Of a DNA stretch of 64,000 nucleotides, positions 19,060-28,279 are shown piece after piece. Under the pieces are notes generated by a model, which had not been told where the DNA came from, ran no database searches, and saw nothing but the letters and a program-made list of their open reading frames with translations. Each line of letters opens with the position of its first letter. Within the stretch, counting starts at the first letter, position 1. Both the position numbers and the translations under genes were made by a program. This stretch comes from Bacteroidales bacterium (GTDB lineage Bacteria; Bacteroidota; Bacteroidia; Bacteroidales; UBA932), in contig JALOCI010000003.1 in NCBI GenBank assembly GCA_023227835.1, forward strand, positions 54,520-118,519, written 5' to 3'.

Positions 19060-22000
19060 ATGAAAAATATTGCAACAAACCTTTTGTTGATTATCTTCTT
19101 ATCATTAACCTCTTGCAGTAAAGATCCCGGTAATCCTGATACTCCTGATAATTCTAATTTAAGTATTTCTGAAACAGACATCTTGGTTTCTGCCTCAGGT
19201 TCTGAGACTAAAACTTTTACTATTACATCTGATGCTGTATGGAGTCTCTCTCTATCTGACACAAAGTCAGCCCCTTCATGGTGTCAGGCTTCTCCGAAGA
19301 ACGGAAATGCGGGAACTACAACTGTGACAGTTACAATTTCCGAACAGAACAGCTCATTTGACGACAGGAACACCTATATAAAAGTCACATCTGGAGAAAA
19401 CAGCAAACTTCTGACAGTGACACAGAAGAAAAAAAATGCGATAATCCTGACAAAGGAGAAGTTTGAGATAGATGGTTCAGGAGGTGAAATTCAGATTGAA
19501 CTGCAGGCCAATGTTGATTATAGTGTATTAATACCACACGAATGCTCATCCTGGATATCGAAGATAGATTCAAAAACGAAGGGACTGTCATCAAAAAAAG
19601 AGATGTTTCAAATAGAAGAAGGAGATATTGAGGGTTCAAGAAGCGGTATAATTGTTTTCGCCAGTGCGGAATTAAAAGACACCGTACATATATATCAGAC
19701 TCAAAAAAATGCACTTATTCTGAGTAAAAGAGAATATGAATGCACTTGTGATGCATCAATTTTAGAAGTAGAGCTGAAATCAAATATTGAGTATGTAATA
19801 AATATTCCAACAGAGGCTACGTGGATTAGAAAAGTGGACTCAAAAGTGTCACGGGTTGATAAAATCTCATTCAGTATAGATAAAAATACTGATTATGACT
19901 TCCGTAGTGCTAAAATTATAATAAAAGACAAGAATTCCTCTCTATCAGACACTCTTATTGTCAGACAATCTCAAAAAAACGCTTTTATACTGGGCTCAAA
20001 CCATATAGATAAGCTCTCCTGCTGTGGTGAAAACTTCTCGGTAAGGATAAAGACCAATACAAGTTTTACCTGTGAAATTCCCTCATCAGCTTCACAATGG
20101 TTATCTGTTGTAGAGACAAAAGGACTTAGGGACACTTCCGTCAATTTTAAAACAACTGCAAATACGGATTTTGACAGAGAAGCGATAATCATATTTAAGG
20201 GAAAAGGTGAACTGAGAGACACTCTATACATTTCTCAGGATGGGACTAAAAAGCTGCTCATGGATTTCTATGATGCCACCGGCGGAGATAACTGGAAAGA
20301 TAAAAGTAATTGGGGCAGTTCTCTGCCGATTAGTGAGTGGTACGGTGTAGATGCCAGTGGTGACAATAGAATTTATCTGAACTTATATAACAACAATCTA
20401 TCAGGTTATATACCCGAATCACTGGGGAGATTAAACAACTTGTCTTCTCTAAACCTGTTTAACAACAACATAAGTGGTGATATAGGCGCTTTAATTGATA
20501 CTATATCAAAAATTCAGGGATTAACTATTATAAACCTGCGTTCAAACAAATTCACAGGAGAGATATCTTCAAAAATTGGCAACTTCAAAGAATTGACTGC
20601 TCTGGATTTAAGCAGGAACTCCCTAACAGGGGTGATTCCGGCAGAAATATGCGGTTTAACCAAGCTTACAACATTATCATTATACAATAATAGAATTACG
20701 GGTAAAATTCCGGATAATATCGGGTTATTGCCATTATCAAATCTGAACCTTACATACAACTTATTGACAGCTCCTCTGCCGCTGTCACTGCTCAAGATGA
20801 CAAATTGGCCCTTATTGATGGATTATGTAATTAATCAAACTGATTATACCATTTATCCTCCGGCAGAATATGCCAAGATTCAAAATCATCAGAACAAAGA
20901 TTTCAACCTTCAGCCATTTAAGGCATACGATGTTATATCTGCATATAAATACACAATCCTATATTTTTATGATTATGATTGTGTCTGGTCTAATACATTT
21001 ACCCCTCTTGTCGTAGATCTTGTCAATAAATACAGAAGCAAGGGATTGGGAGCCATCTCATATCATGCGTGCATTCTATCTGAATACGGAAAGCTAGATA
21101 AAATAAAGGAGTATGTAAGGCTGAAGAAAATGGACAATTTCGTAAACCTGTTGCATGCCGGAGAGTATATTGACAACTATGGCACTACAAAGTGGGATGA
21201 CAGTTATTTTTTCGGAAGTTTGGGAACTCCGGCGGTCATGGTAGTTGATAAAAATGGGACTCTTGTTCGTGGCTATACAGAAGACAGGAGTAAGCTACCT
21301 GAGTTTATTGCGTCATTGTTGGGAGCCCCAGATAATATGTACGAATCTACCGATTATTCAAAGGATGGGGCGGTAGTTACTCTTCAAAGGGCAACAATTG
21401 GAACAGGGATAAATATAGTCATATTGGGAGACGGTTTTGTAGACAAGGATATGACATCCGGCGGGAAATATGAGACCTGGGCAAAAGATGCCATGGAGGC
21501 ATTTTTTAATGTAGAACCGGTTAAAAGTTTCCGTAACAGATTTAATGTATATTGCGTAAAAGCTGTTTCGAAAAATGAGGGTATAGGAAGTTTTAGAGAG
21601 AGCGTGTTCTCGACACAATACGGAGATGGTGCTCTAGTTGGAGGGGATAATACAAAATGCAAACAATATGCATTGAAGGTTCCTTCTTTAAATGATTTAT
21701 CAAACACAACAATTATTACCATCCTCAATGACCCGAAATATGCCGGGACTTGTTATATGTATGCAGACAATTCTTCTGTATCGTATTGCCCTTATGTAGG
21801 ATATGACAAGGAGCAGTTTTCGCAGATAATTCACCATGAAGCAGTAGGACACGGTTTTGGCAAACTTGCGGATGAATATTCATATAATGGCACAATCAAG
21901 GCAAGTCTGGTTAAAAGTTACAGGGATGATTACTATACAATGCAATGGTGGAGTAATATTGATTTTACTAAAGATGCTCAGAAAGTGAAATGGGCCTCTT

Positions 22001-22290
22001 TTTTAAATGATATTCTGTATTCTACAACTGTAGGAATTTTCGAAGGTGGGGCAACTTATCAGCTTGGTGTATACAGACCATCAGAAAACAGTATAATGCG
22101 TTATAATGTCGGAGATTTCAATGCTCCATCCAGACTTGAGATATATAGAAGAATCCTGGAATTTTCCGGAGATGAATATTTATATAACAACTTCATCCAA
22201 TATGATGCCATAAACAGGATCACAACAAAAGCTCCTTTTGTACCACCTGTGCACTTTGTTCCCCTGGCACCTCCTGTGGTTATGGATTAG
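19060..22290 (+). CDS. mosaic surface lipoprotein: 4 BACON-like repeats + leucine-rich repeats + CxxS thioredoxin-fold domain + M64-like metallopeptidase domain
   Basis: Lipobox LSLTSC. Four roughly 90-aa repeats each begin after a Q(K/S)(K/Q)KNA(I/L/F)IL linker. The LRR block reads NNLSGYIPESLGRLNNLSSLNLFNNNISGDI... The TlpA-like segment YTILYFYDYDCVWSNTF has CxxS where CxxC is expected. The C-terminal peptidase region has IIHHEAVGHGFGKLADEY. Confidence 0.85.
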   Translation: MKNIATNLLLIIFLSLTSCSKDPGNPDTPDNSNLSISETDILVSASGSETKTFTITSDAVWSLSLSDTKSAPSWCQASPKNGNAGTTTVTVTISEQNSSFDDRNTYIKVTSGENSKLLTVTQKKKNAIILTKEKFEIDGSGGEIQIELQANVDYSVLIPHECSSWISKIDSKTKGLSSKKEMFQIEEGDIEGSRSGIIVFASAELKDTVHIYQTQKNALILSKREYECTCDASILEVELKSNIEYVINIPTEATWIRKVDSKVSRVDKISFSIDKNTDYDFRSAKIIIKDKNSSLSDTLIVRQSQKNAFILGSNHIDKLSCCGENFSVRIKTNTSFTCEIPSSASQWLSVVETKGLRDTSVNFKTTANTDFDREAIIIFKGKGELRDTLYISQDGTKKLLMDFYDATGGDNWKDKSNWGSSLPISEWYGVDASGDNRIYLNLYNNNLSGYIPESLGRLNNLSSLNLFNNNISGDIGALIDTISKIQGLTIINLRSNKFTGEISSKIGNFKELTALDLSRNSLTGVIPAEICGLTKLTTLSLYNNRITGKIPDNIGLLPLSNLNLTYNLLTAPLPLSLLKMTNWPLLMDYVINQTDYTIYPPAEYAKIQNHQNKDFNLQPFKAYDVISAYKYTILYFYDYDCVWSNTFTPLVVDLVNKYRSKGLGAISYHACILSEYGKLDKIKEYVRLKKMDNFVNLLHAGEYIDNYGTTKWDDSYFFGSLGTPAVMVVDKNGTLVRGYTEDRSKLPEFIASLLGAPDNMYESTDYSKDGAVVTLQRATIGTGINIVILGDGFVDKDMTSGGKYETWAKDAMEAFFNVEPVKSFRNRFNVYCVKAVSKNEGIGSFRESVFSTQYGDGALVGGDNTKCKQYALKVPSLNDLSNTTIITILNDPKYAGTCYMYADNSSVSYCPYVGYDKEQFSQIIHHEAVGHGFGKLADEYSYNGTIKASLVKSYRDDYYTMQWWSNIDFTKDAQKVKWASFLNDILYSTTVGIFEGGATYQLGVYRPSENSIMRYNVGDFNAPSRLEIYRRILEFSGDEYLYNNFIQYDAINRITTKAPFVPPVHFVPLAPPVVMD

Positions 22291-23287
22291 TCGGATGAAA
22301 AGGGATCCTTATTAGGAATGTCGTACCCACTTCCGGGACAGAGTTAAGTTCTATCTTCCCGCCGAGTAAATCGACAAGTCCCTTAACAATTGAAAGTCCC
22401 AGACCGGTTCCTCCGTATAGACGATTCGGATGAGGACTTATCTGGACAAATCTCTCAAATACGATTTTCTGCTTGTCGGAAGGTATTCCAGGGCCAGTGT
22501 CTTCAATATAAAACGTAAGTAAGTCCGGGCTATCCTGTCGGCAGCCGAAGCGGATATAACCCTCATCTGTGAATTTCAGCGAGTTTCCAATAAGATTTGT
22601 AAGGATTTGTCTTAGTTTTACTGTATCAGTAATAAATACATTTTGGCAATTATCACACTCTAATTTATATTCAAAAGCTATATGATCTTTGCCTTGTCTC
22701 TTTTGCTGAGCTTTGAACATCGCATATAAATCCTGAAACAAAGACTTAGGATCACACTCCTCGTACTTAACAGGTAATTGCCCCGATTCGATTTTAGCTA
22801 TATCAAGAATATCATCTATAATAATAACAAGATCCCGGCATCTCTGATTAATTATACCAGAGAAATGCTCCAGTTTTTCCTTATCCTCAAAATATTCTGG
22901 TAAAAGGTCACAGAAACCCATAATAGCATTCATGGGTGTACGTATTTCGTGACTCATGTTTTGAAGGAAAGCAGTTTTCAATCGGTCATTCTCCTCCGCT
23001 TTTTGTTTAAGCTTTATAAGTACCTGATTTTGCTCCTCCAGCTCAATATTCCTTTGTTTTATTGTATCATCTGCTTTTTTATTCTTTTTTACATAACCTT
23101 TAAGCAGAAAATAAAGGAGAAAAGAAGTTATGATTACATAGGCAAAACCCTTTATAACATTAAATAAAATAAGATTTTGCTCAGTCTTGGCTATCGCCCC
23201 GAAAAAAGTATCTGAGAAATAGATCCACGATATACCAATCATGAAATATATAACAGGAATCTTGTATTCAATCCATTTAGGTTTCAT
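22280..23287 (-). CDS. sensor histidine kinase (2 TM + HisKA + HATPase_c), no adjacent response regulator
   Basis: H-box FLQNMSHEIRTPMNAIMGF, N-box LTNLIGNSLKFT, G-boxes EDTGPGI and GGTGLGLSIV. The 3' end overlaps the convergent lipoprotein gene by 11 nt. Confidence 0.85.
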   Translation of the reverse strand: MKPKWIEYKIPVIYFMIGISWIYFSDTFFGAIAKTEQNLILFNVIKGFAYVIITSFLLYFLLKGYVKKNKKADDTIKQRNIELEEQNQVLIKLKQKAEENDRLKTAFLQNMSHEIRTPMNAIMGFCDLLPEYFEDKEKLEHFSGIINQRCRDLVIIIDDILDIAKIESGQLPVKYEECDPKSLFQDLYAMFKAQQKRQGKDHIAFEYKLECDNCQNVFITDTVKLRQILTNLIGNSLKFTDEGYIRFGCRQDSPDLLTFYIEDTGPGIPSDKQKIVFERFVQISPHPNRLYGGTGLGLSIVKGLVDLLGGKIELNSVPEVGTTFLIRIPFHPTNP

Positions 23288-23334
23288 ATCAGCTCCTTAT
23301 TTATTGAATCTAATATATATAAAAACTGTATAAT

Positions 23335-24069
23335 TCACAACATTCTGGTGACCTTAAAGTTTATTCCGGCTTTTCGCGCCTGAGAGTGTTGAAACTTTCT
23401 CATAATCCTGAATAGCTTGCCATCTTTTAGAAATCTTGCTCCGGTCTGGTGAAACCAGAATGGAACATCTGCCTCAACACATTGTTGTCTGATGTCAAGA
23501 ATCCATTTATAGTCACAAATTCTGGCATCATTACCTGACTCCCCTCCTGCCGAAACTTCCTCGATTCTGCCGGGATTCAGGTATTCCCTGAGATTAATTG
23601 CCTCCAACAAAGGTGCACACACAATCAGCTTATGTCTAATCGGAAGTTTTGTATAGATAGGCAACCGATAGTCCGCCATTGCCTGATTCTCTACAGTGCA
23701 TGCTATAGCAACATTTTCATACCCATCTCCCCAATCATCCGGAAGAGAGACATAAAACCGGTCAACCCGCTTTGTAATTATGAAGAACAACAGATCCGAC
23801 CTCTCTTTTATCATATTCCAGGCTTCCTTTCTCCATTCATCCGCTCCCTCCACAAAAAAATCAGATGTAAAACAGGTGTATACCATCTCCCCTGGTGGAA
23901 TCCTGTAACTTTTATCCCGTTTCCGCTTAACAGGGAGATTAAAATTAGCGGTTTTAGTTACAACACTACTCACTTTTCCATGCTGTTCATCCTGCCTGTA
24001 AACATAACAATACTTACAGCCGGGGCTTATCTTCTGGCAACCATGCCATAAATTCCAGGAAACAGACAT
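23335..24069 (-). CDS. DUF5131 (phage Gp37/Gp68-like) three-Cys-motif protein
   Basis: N-terminus MSVSWNLWHGCQKISPGCKYCYVY matches the family signature W-N-x-W-x-G-C-x6-C-x2-C-Y. I prefer the start at 24069 over the 21-aa extension. Confidence 0.7.
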   Translation of the reverse strand: MSVSWNLWHGCQKISPGCKYCYVYRQDEQHGKVSSVVTKTANFNLPVKRKRDKSYRIPPGEMVYTCFTSDFFVEGADEWRKEAWNMIKERSDLLFFIITKRVDRFYVSLPDDWGDGYENVAIACTVENQAMADYRLPIYTKLPIRHKLIVCAPLLEAINLREYLNPGRIEEVSAGGESGNDARICDYKWILDIRQQCVEADVPFWFHQTGARFLKDGKLFRIMRKFQHSQARKAGINFKVTRML

Positions 24070-24173
24070 TATTTTTTGCTTAAATGTACTATATTTTCCG
24101 AATTTGGATAATTCACTGCTCAAAAACGTCAATATATTGGATAAAAACCAATTGAGATATTATCTTTGCTATT

Positions 24174-24749
24174 ATGAATAGTAATTATGTAGCTGATAAA
24201 AGCTTTGAAAAGACAGACTTCAGGATTATAGGGTTACCCTCCGGGGAGTATGAGGCTTGTCGTTTTACTGACTGCGATTTTTCAGAGTGTGATTTTTCAA
24301 ATTTCTCTTTTACTGACTGTGAGTTCGTTGAAAGTAACCTGAGCCTTGTAAAACTGATAAGTACCGTATTCAGGGACGTCAGATTCACAGGTTGCAAAAT
24401 GATCGGACTCCATTTTGACCAGTGCAACGATTTCGGACTCTCTTTTTCATTTAACAAATGTGTTCTTGATCAATCCGTCTTCTTCAGGAAAAAGCTAAAG
24501 AAGAGCATTTTCAACAATTGCCAATTAAAAGAGAGCGACTTTTCCGAATGTGATCTTTCGGGCAGCGTCTTTGAAAACTGCAACTTGTCGGGCTCGATAT
24601 TCGACAACACAATTCTCGAAATGTGCGACTTCCGGTCTGCTTACAACTTCTCGATTGATCCTGAACAAAACAGAATAAAAAAGGCAAGGTTCTCACGTCT
24701 GAACATCGATGGACTTTTGAATAAATACAGTATAATTATTGATAATTGA
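24174..24749 (+). CDS. pentapeptide-repeat protein
   Basis: Continuous A(D/N)LxX-type pentads, for example FTDCDFSECDFSNFSFTDCEFVESNLS and LKESDFSECDLSGSVFENCNLSGSIFDNT. Confidence 0.8.
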   Translation: MNSNYVADKSFEKTDFRIIGLPSGEYEACRFTDCDFSECDFSNFSFTDCEFVESNLSLVKLISTVFRDVRFTGCKMIGLHFDQCNDFGLSFSFNKCVLDQSVFFRKKLKKSIFNNCQLKESDFSECDLSGSVFENCNLSGSIFDNTILEMCDFRSAYNFSIDPEQNRIKKARFSRLNIDGLLNKYSIIIDN

Positions 24750-24779
24750 CTATAAAGCTTAAAAAAAAATATATCAAGC

Positions 24780-25451
24780 ATGAAAAATAAATATATCACA
24801 CCTAATTTTATCATAAGATTTATTTCTGTCATTTTATTGTCCATAATTATGATATTAAGTGGAGATTCCTCGGTAATGAAAGCTCTTCGACTTATTGTGT
24901 CATGCTTAATATTTCTTTATCTTTTGAACATATACAGAGCACTTGCCACTCCTAATCAATGGGCTTTTAAAAATAGATTTATAATTGAGGGTATGCTTTT
25001 AGGTATATTTTGTTCATTTATTACTTTTTTCACTAACGATATTCCGGATATCCCCCTTTTTATAATTATATCAATTTCAATAGGATTAACTTTAGGATTA
25101 TTACTATTCGGTTTTTTATATAAAATGGATTACAAAAGGAAAATTAAACGAATAACGGTTGATGACTCAATACTAAAAGATGAAATACTCACAGATTGGG
25201 GTGCGTTTCTTGATCCGGGAGGAAATATTGAAGGAAGAGTAATTCTTACAAAAGATAAGTTCTATTTCGCCCCTATCTTCATTGCAACTCCGATTAAAGA
25301 GTATATTCTGGATGATTCCGCAAAGGTTGTTTTATTACATAAGTATGGCCTCCCAGTTGGATTTTCCATCAACAATGATAGTTATAAGATAAACTACACA
25401 AGACTCTGGATAAAAGAAATAAGCAAGATAACACATAGAAACTTTTTATAA
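24780..25451 (+). CDS. hypothetical membrane protein (about 4 TM + C-terminal PH/GRAM-like domain)
   Basis: The hydrophobic N-terminal half has about 4 predicted helices. The soluble C-terminal region contains GRVILTKDKFYFAP. The DNA is visibly more AT-rich than its neighbours. No family recognised. Confidence 0.5.
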   Translation: MKNKYITPNFIIRFISVILLSIIMILSGDSSVMKALRLIVSCLIFLYLLNIYRALATPNQWAFKNRFIIEGMLLGIFCSFITFFTNDIPDIPLFIIISISIGLTLGLLLFGFLYKMDYKRKIKRITVDDSILKDEILTDWGAFLDPGGNIEGRVILTKDKFYFAPIFIATPIKEYILDDSAKVVLLHKYGLPVGFSINNDSYKINYTRLWIKEISKITHRNFL

Positions 25452-25459
25452 GAGGTACA

Positions 25460-25993
25460 ATGGAATTCTCAGAACTAGTCAAAATAAGGCAAAGCGACAG
25501 GAAATACTCAGACAAGCCTGTTGAAAAGGAGAAGATCATACAATGTATTGAGACAACAAGATTGTCTCCTTCGGCCAATAACTCTCAACCATGGAAATTT
25601 ATTGTCATTGATGAACACAATCTTAAAGAGATGGTTGCATCAAGCGCTTCCGGTTTGGGAATGAACAGATTTACACACCAGGCACCGGTAATAGTGGCTG
25701 TAGTCCTTGAGAAGATGAATGGGATGGCACGCATTGGCAGTGCAATCAAGAATAAGGATTATTCATTGATTGATATCGGCATAGCCGTGAACCAGTTTTG
25801 CCTTCAGGCCGCCGAACTCGGCCTTGGTACATGCATACTAGGCTGGTTTGACGAGAAAAAGATAAAGAAATTGCTTGGTGTAGAAAGAAAGAAGCGCGTT
25901 CCGCTGTTGATTACTGTCGGTTATTCAATCGCCGGGAGACGCGAGAAAAACAGAAAACCGGCTGAAGTAATTAGCAGCTGGAATCAATATTAA
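25460..25993 (+). CDS. nitroreductase-family protein
   Basis: RQSDRKYSDKPV...LSPSANNSQPWKFIV is the classical nitroreductase N-terminal FMN-binding pattern. Confidence 0.8.
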   Translation: MEFSELVKIRQSDRKYSDKPVEKEKIIQCIETTRLSPSANNSQPWKFIVIDEHNLKEMVASSASGLGMNRFTHQAPVIVAVVLEKMNGMARIGSAIKNKDYSLIDIGIAVNQFCLQAAELGLGTCILGWFDEKKIKKLLGVERKKRVPLLITVGYSIAGRREKNRKPAEVISSWNQY

Positions 25994-25994
25994 T

Positions 25995-26378
25995 ATGAAA
26001 ATAGAACATATCGCAATCTGGACTGAGAATCTTGAACTTCTCAAGGATTTCTATATTAAGCATTTCGGATGTATGGTCTCTGACAGATATGAAAATCCCG
26101 CAAAGCAATTTGCATCTTACTTTCTGTCATTTGAAGAGGGTGCAAGAATAGAGATTATGACCCGTACCGGCATAAAGAGCAATCCAGAGCCTCCTGTGTC
26201 AGGATTAGCCCATTTTGCTATTATGGTTGATTCAAGAGATAGTGTTGATAGCTTCACTTCTCAAGTGCAACTAGACGGTGTAACTATTGCCGGATACCCC
26301 CGTGTTACCGGGGACGGATACTATGAAAGTGTGATTCTGGATCCGGACGGCAATCAAATAGAGATAGTTGCAAAATAA
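25995..26378 (+). CDS. VOC (glyoxalase/bleomycin-resistance/dioxygenase) family protein
   Basis: 127 aa. MKIEHIAIWTENLELLKDFY...HFAI...DPDGNQIEI is the typical paired beta-alpha-beta-beta-beta module with metal-ligand His/Glu positions. Confidence 0.75.
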   Translation: MKIEHIAIWTENLELLKDFYIKHFGCMVSDRYENPAKQFASYFLSFEEGARIEIMTRTGIKSNPEPPVSGLAHFAIMVDSRDSVDSFTSQVQLDGVTIAGYPRVTGDGYYESVILDPDGNQIEIVAK

Positions 26379-26413
26379 TCAGCTGCGGCTTCCTTTTCTG
26401 CATTTTTTCCCAT

Positions 26414-26445
26414 TTTGTCAATTCAAACATTAATTTATAAGTTTG
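26414..26445 (+). promoter_or_regulatory. Bacteroidota sigma-A-type promoter (-33 TTTG / -7 TAnnTTTG) upstream of the ECF sigma gene
   Basis: TTTG at 26414..26417 and TAAGTTTG at 26438..26445, spaced 20 nt apart, about 40 nt upstream of the ATG at 26488. Confidence 0.4.
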
Positions 26446-26487
26446 TAATTGGCAATTTGTGTTATTTCTCATTTTCTGAAATTGACA

Positions 26488-27018
26488 ATGGAAGAATTTA
26501 TCGCAGGAATCAATAAGAGGGAAGAAAAATCTTGGGGTATCCTTTTTGATTTTTATTATGCTCCCTTATGTGCCTATGCGGAAAAATTCCTTCGCAGTCA
26601 CGCCCTTGCTGAAGATATAGTTCAAGAGACTCTTATAAAAATATGGACATCTTCCAGTTTATTTGACAATAAACGCCACCTCACATTATATCTGTACAAA
26701 GCCATATATAATAATTCTATCTGCTATCTGCGTTCTAACAAAGAATCAACAGAGATTAACAGTACTATTGAAAATTGGAGTGATACTGATTTTGCTGCAA
26801 CAGTCAAAGAAGAGTTGTTCCGCCGTTTGTATGAAGAAATCCAGAAGCTGCCGGAACAAAGACGCAGAATAATTTTATTAAGTATAGACGGCAAATCTGG
26901 AAAAGAGATTGCGGAATTACTTAAAATCAGCCCCAACACCGTTAAAGGACAGAAATCAAAAGCCTTGGAAGCTCTTAGACGTAATACTAAAAATACCCCT
27001 TTAATTTTTCTTCTCTAA
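26488..27018 (+). CDS. ECF-type RNA polymerase sigma-70 factor
   Basis: Region 2 (AEDIVQETLIKIW) and a region 4 HTH (GKSGKEIAELLKISPNTVKGQKSKALEALR). Start MEEFIAGINK at 26488. Followed by a FecR-type anti-sigma gene. Confidence 0.85.
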   Translation: MEEFIAGINKREEKSWGILFDFYYAPLCAYAEKFLRSHALAEDIVQETLIKIWTSSSLFDNKRHLTLYLYKAIYNNSICYLRSNKESTEINSTIENWSDTDFAATVKEELFRRLYEEIQKLPEQRRRIILLSIDGKSGKEIAELLKISPNTVKGQKSKALEALRRNTKNTPLIFLL

Positions 27019-27103
27019 AAAGAGAGTTTTTTTTCTCTTTTTTTTCATTTCGGATAATACTTTTATTCGCTTTTTTCATATTATCACTAAACACTACGAA
27101 AGA

Positions 27104-28201
27104 ATGTCAGAAGAAACTAGATTTTACAATGCTCTTCAATCAATTATTAATGATGAAGACCAAACTGTAAAACAATTGGAGGAGGTAAGGGAACTTTATC
27201 ATAGAGGAGATGCATCTGTTGAGTTAAAGCGATATCACTCTTATGATAAGGAAAAGGCCTATTTGGTGTTTCAGAAGCGGACACGCAAAAAGAGCAAAAA
27301 CAAGGTTATCCGCTTGTCGTGGTCTATAGCAGCAGCTGCTGCTATCCTGATTGGCATTATTATTCCTTTCATCTGGCAACAAGATAGGCCGGCTCCGTCT
27401 CCAATATCTCAGCAATCAGCTATCCCGGCCCTTTCTGATTCACTACCACGCATAAAATTGGCCAGCGGAGAAATTATTGAAATACCCGATACCTGCAACT
27501 CTATAAATGTACAAGGAGTTAAGGCAACAATAAATAACAGCACACTTCAACTCAGCGGTATTAGTGATAATTCCTCTGCTGTGCAAATGAATGAAATAAT
27601 AATCCCTCGGGGAAGACAATACAGAATAACTCTGGAAGATGGTACCGCCGTATTGATGAATTCCGAATCTTCTTTGCGGTTTCCGAACAGATTTACAAAT
27701 TCGAGAGAGATAGAATTAAAAGGTCAGGCATTTTTTGATGTAACAAAAGATGGTCGCCCGTTTCGCGTAACATGTCCGACAGGAACAGTAACTGTATTAG
27801 GTACCTCATTCGACATAAGGAGTTATGAGGGCGAATCCACTCTGGTTACACTTGTCAAAGGCAAAGTTAAGTTTGCAGACGCATCTGCAGAAGTCACTCT
27901 TAAGCCGGGTGAACAGGTATGCCAGTCAGAAGAGGGACTCAAAGTTTATGTTGTTGATACACATCGCTTCACAGCATGGAAAGATGGTTTAATATATTTT
28001 GATGACAACCTGGAAAGTGTTATGCGAAATATTGAGAGAATATATGACGTGAAAGTGATATATAGTAATGAAGGCTACAAACAAATCAGGTTTATCGGTG
28101 AGTGCTCCCGGTTCCAAACAATTGATGAATTCATGAAGTTGCTGAGCCTTACACAAGAATTTAACTATGAAATTAACGGGAATATTGTCAAAATCGAGTG
28201 A
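27104..28201 (+). CDS. FecR-family anti-sigma factor / transmembrane sensor
   Basis: Single TM (LSWSIAAAAAILIGIIIPFIW), a periplasmic FecR domain (GRQYRITLEDGTAVLMNSESSLRF...) and a C-terminal DUF4974-like region. Confidence 0.85.
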   Translation: MSEETRFYNALQSIINDEDQTVKQLEEVRELYHRGDASVELKRYHSYDKEKAYLVFQKRTRKKSKNKVIRLSWSIAAAAAILIGIIIPFIWQQDRPAPSPISQQSAIPALSDSLPRIKLASGEIIEIPDTCNSINVQGVKATINNSTLQLSGISDNSSAVQMNEIIIPRGRQYRITLEDGTAVLMNSESSLRFPNRFTNSREIELKGQAFFDVTKDGRPFRVTCPTGTVTVLGTSFDIRSYEGESTLVTLVKGKVKFADASAEVTLKPGEQVCQSEEGLKVYVVDTHRFTAWKDGLIYFDDNLESVMRNIERIYDVKVIYSNEGYKQIRFIGECSRFQTIDEFMKLLSLTQEFNYEINGNIVKIE

Positions 28202-28279
28202 CCAAAGGAATGCGCGCTTCTGAAATCATTTCATTGACAAATTTCTGTTCCTATTTTATTACACCTAACAAAAAACAAG

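Noticed and set aside
24153-24160. TATCTTTG, a perfect -7 box, lies 14 nt upstream of the pentapeptide gene. A similar TATCTTTG is at 49075..49082 upstream of the POT transporter.
   Set aside because: Neither has a TTTG -33 element at the expected spacing of about 19 to 21 nt. I did not list them as promoters, though they may still function.
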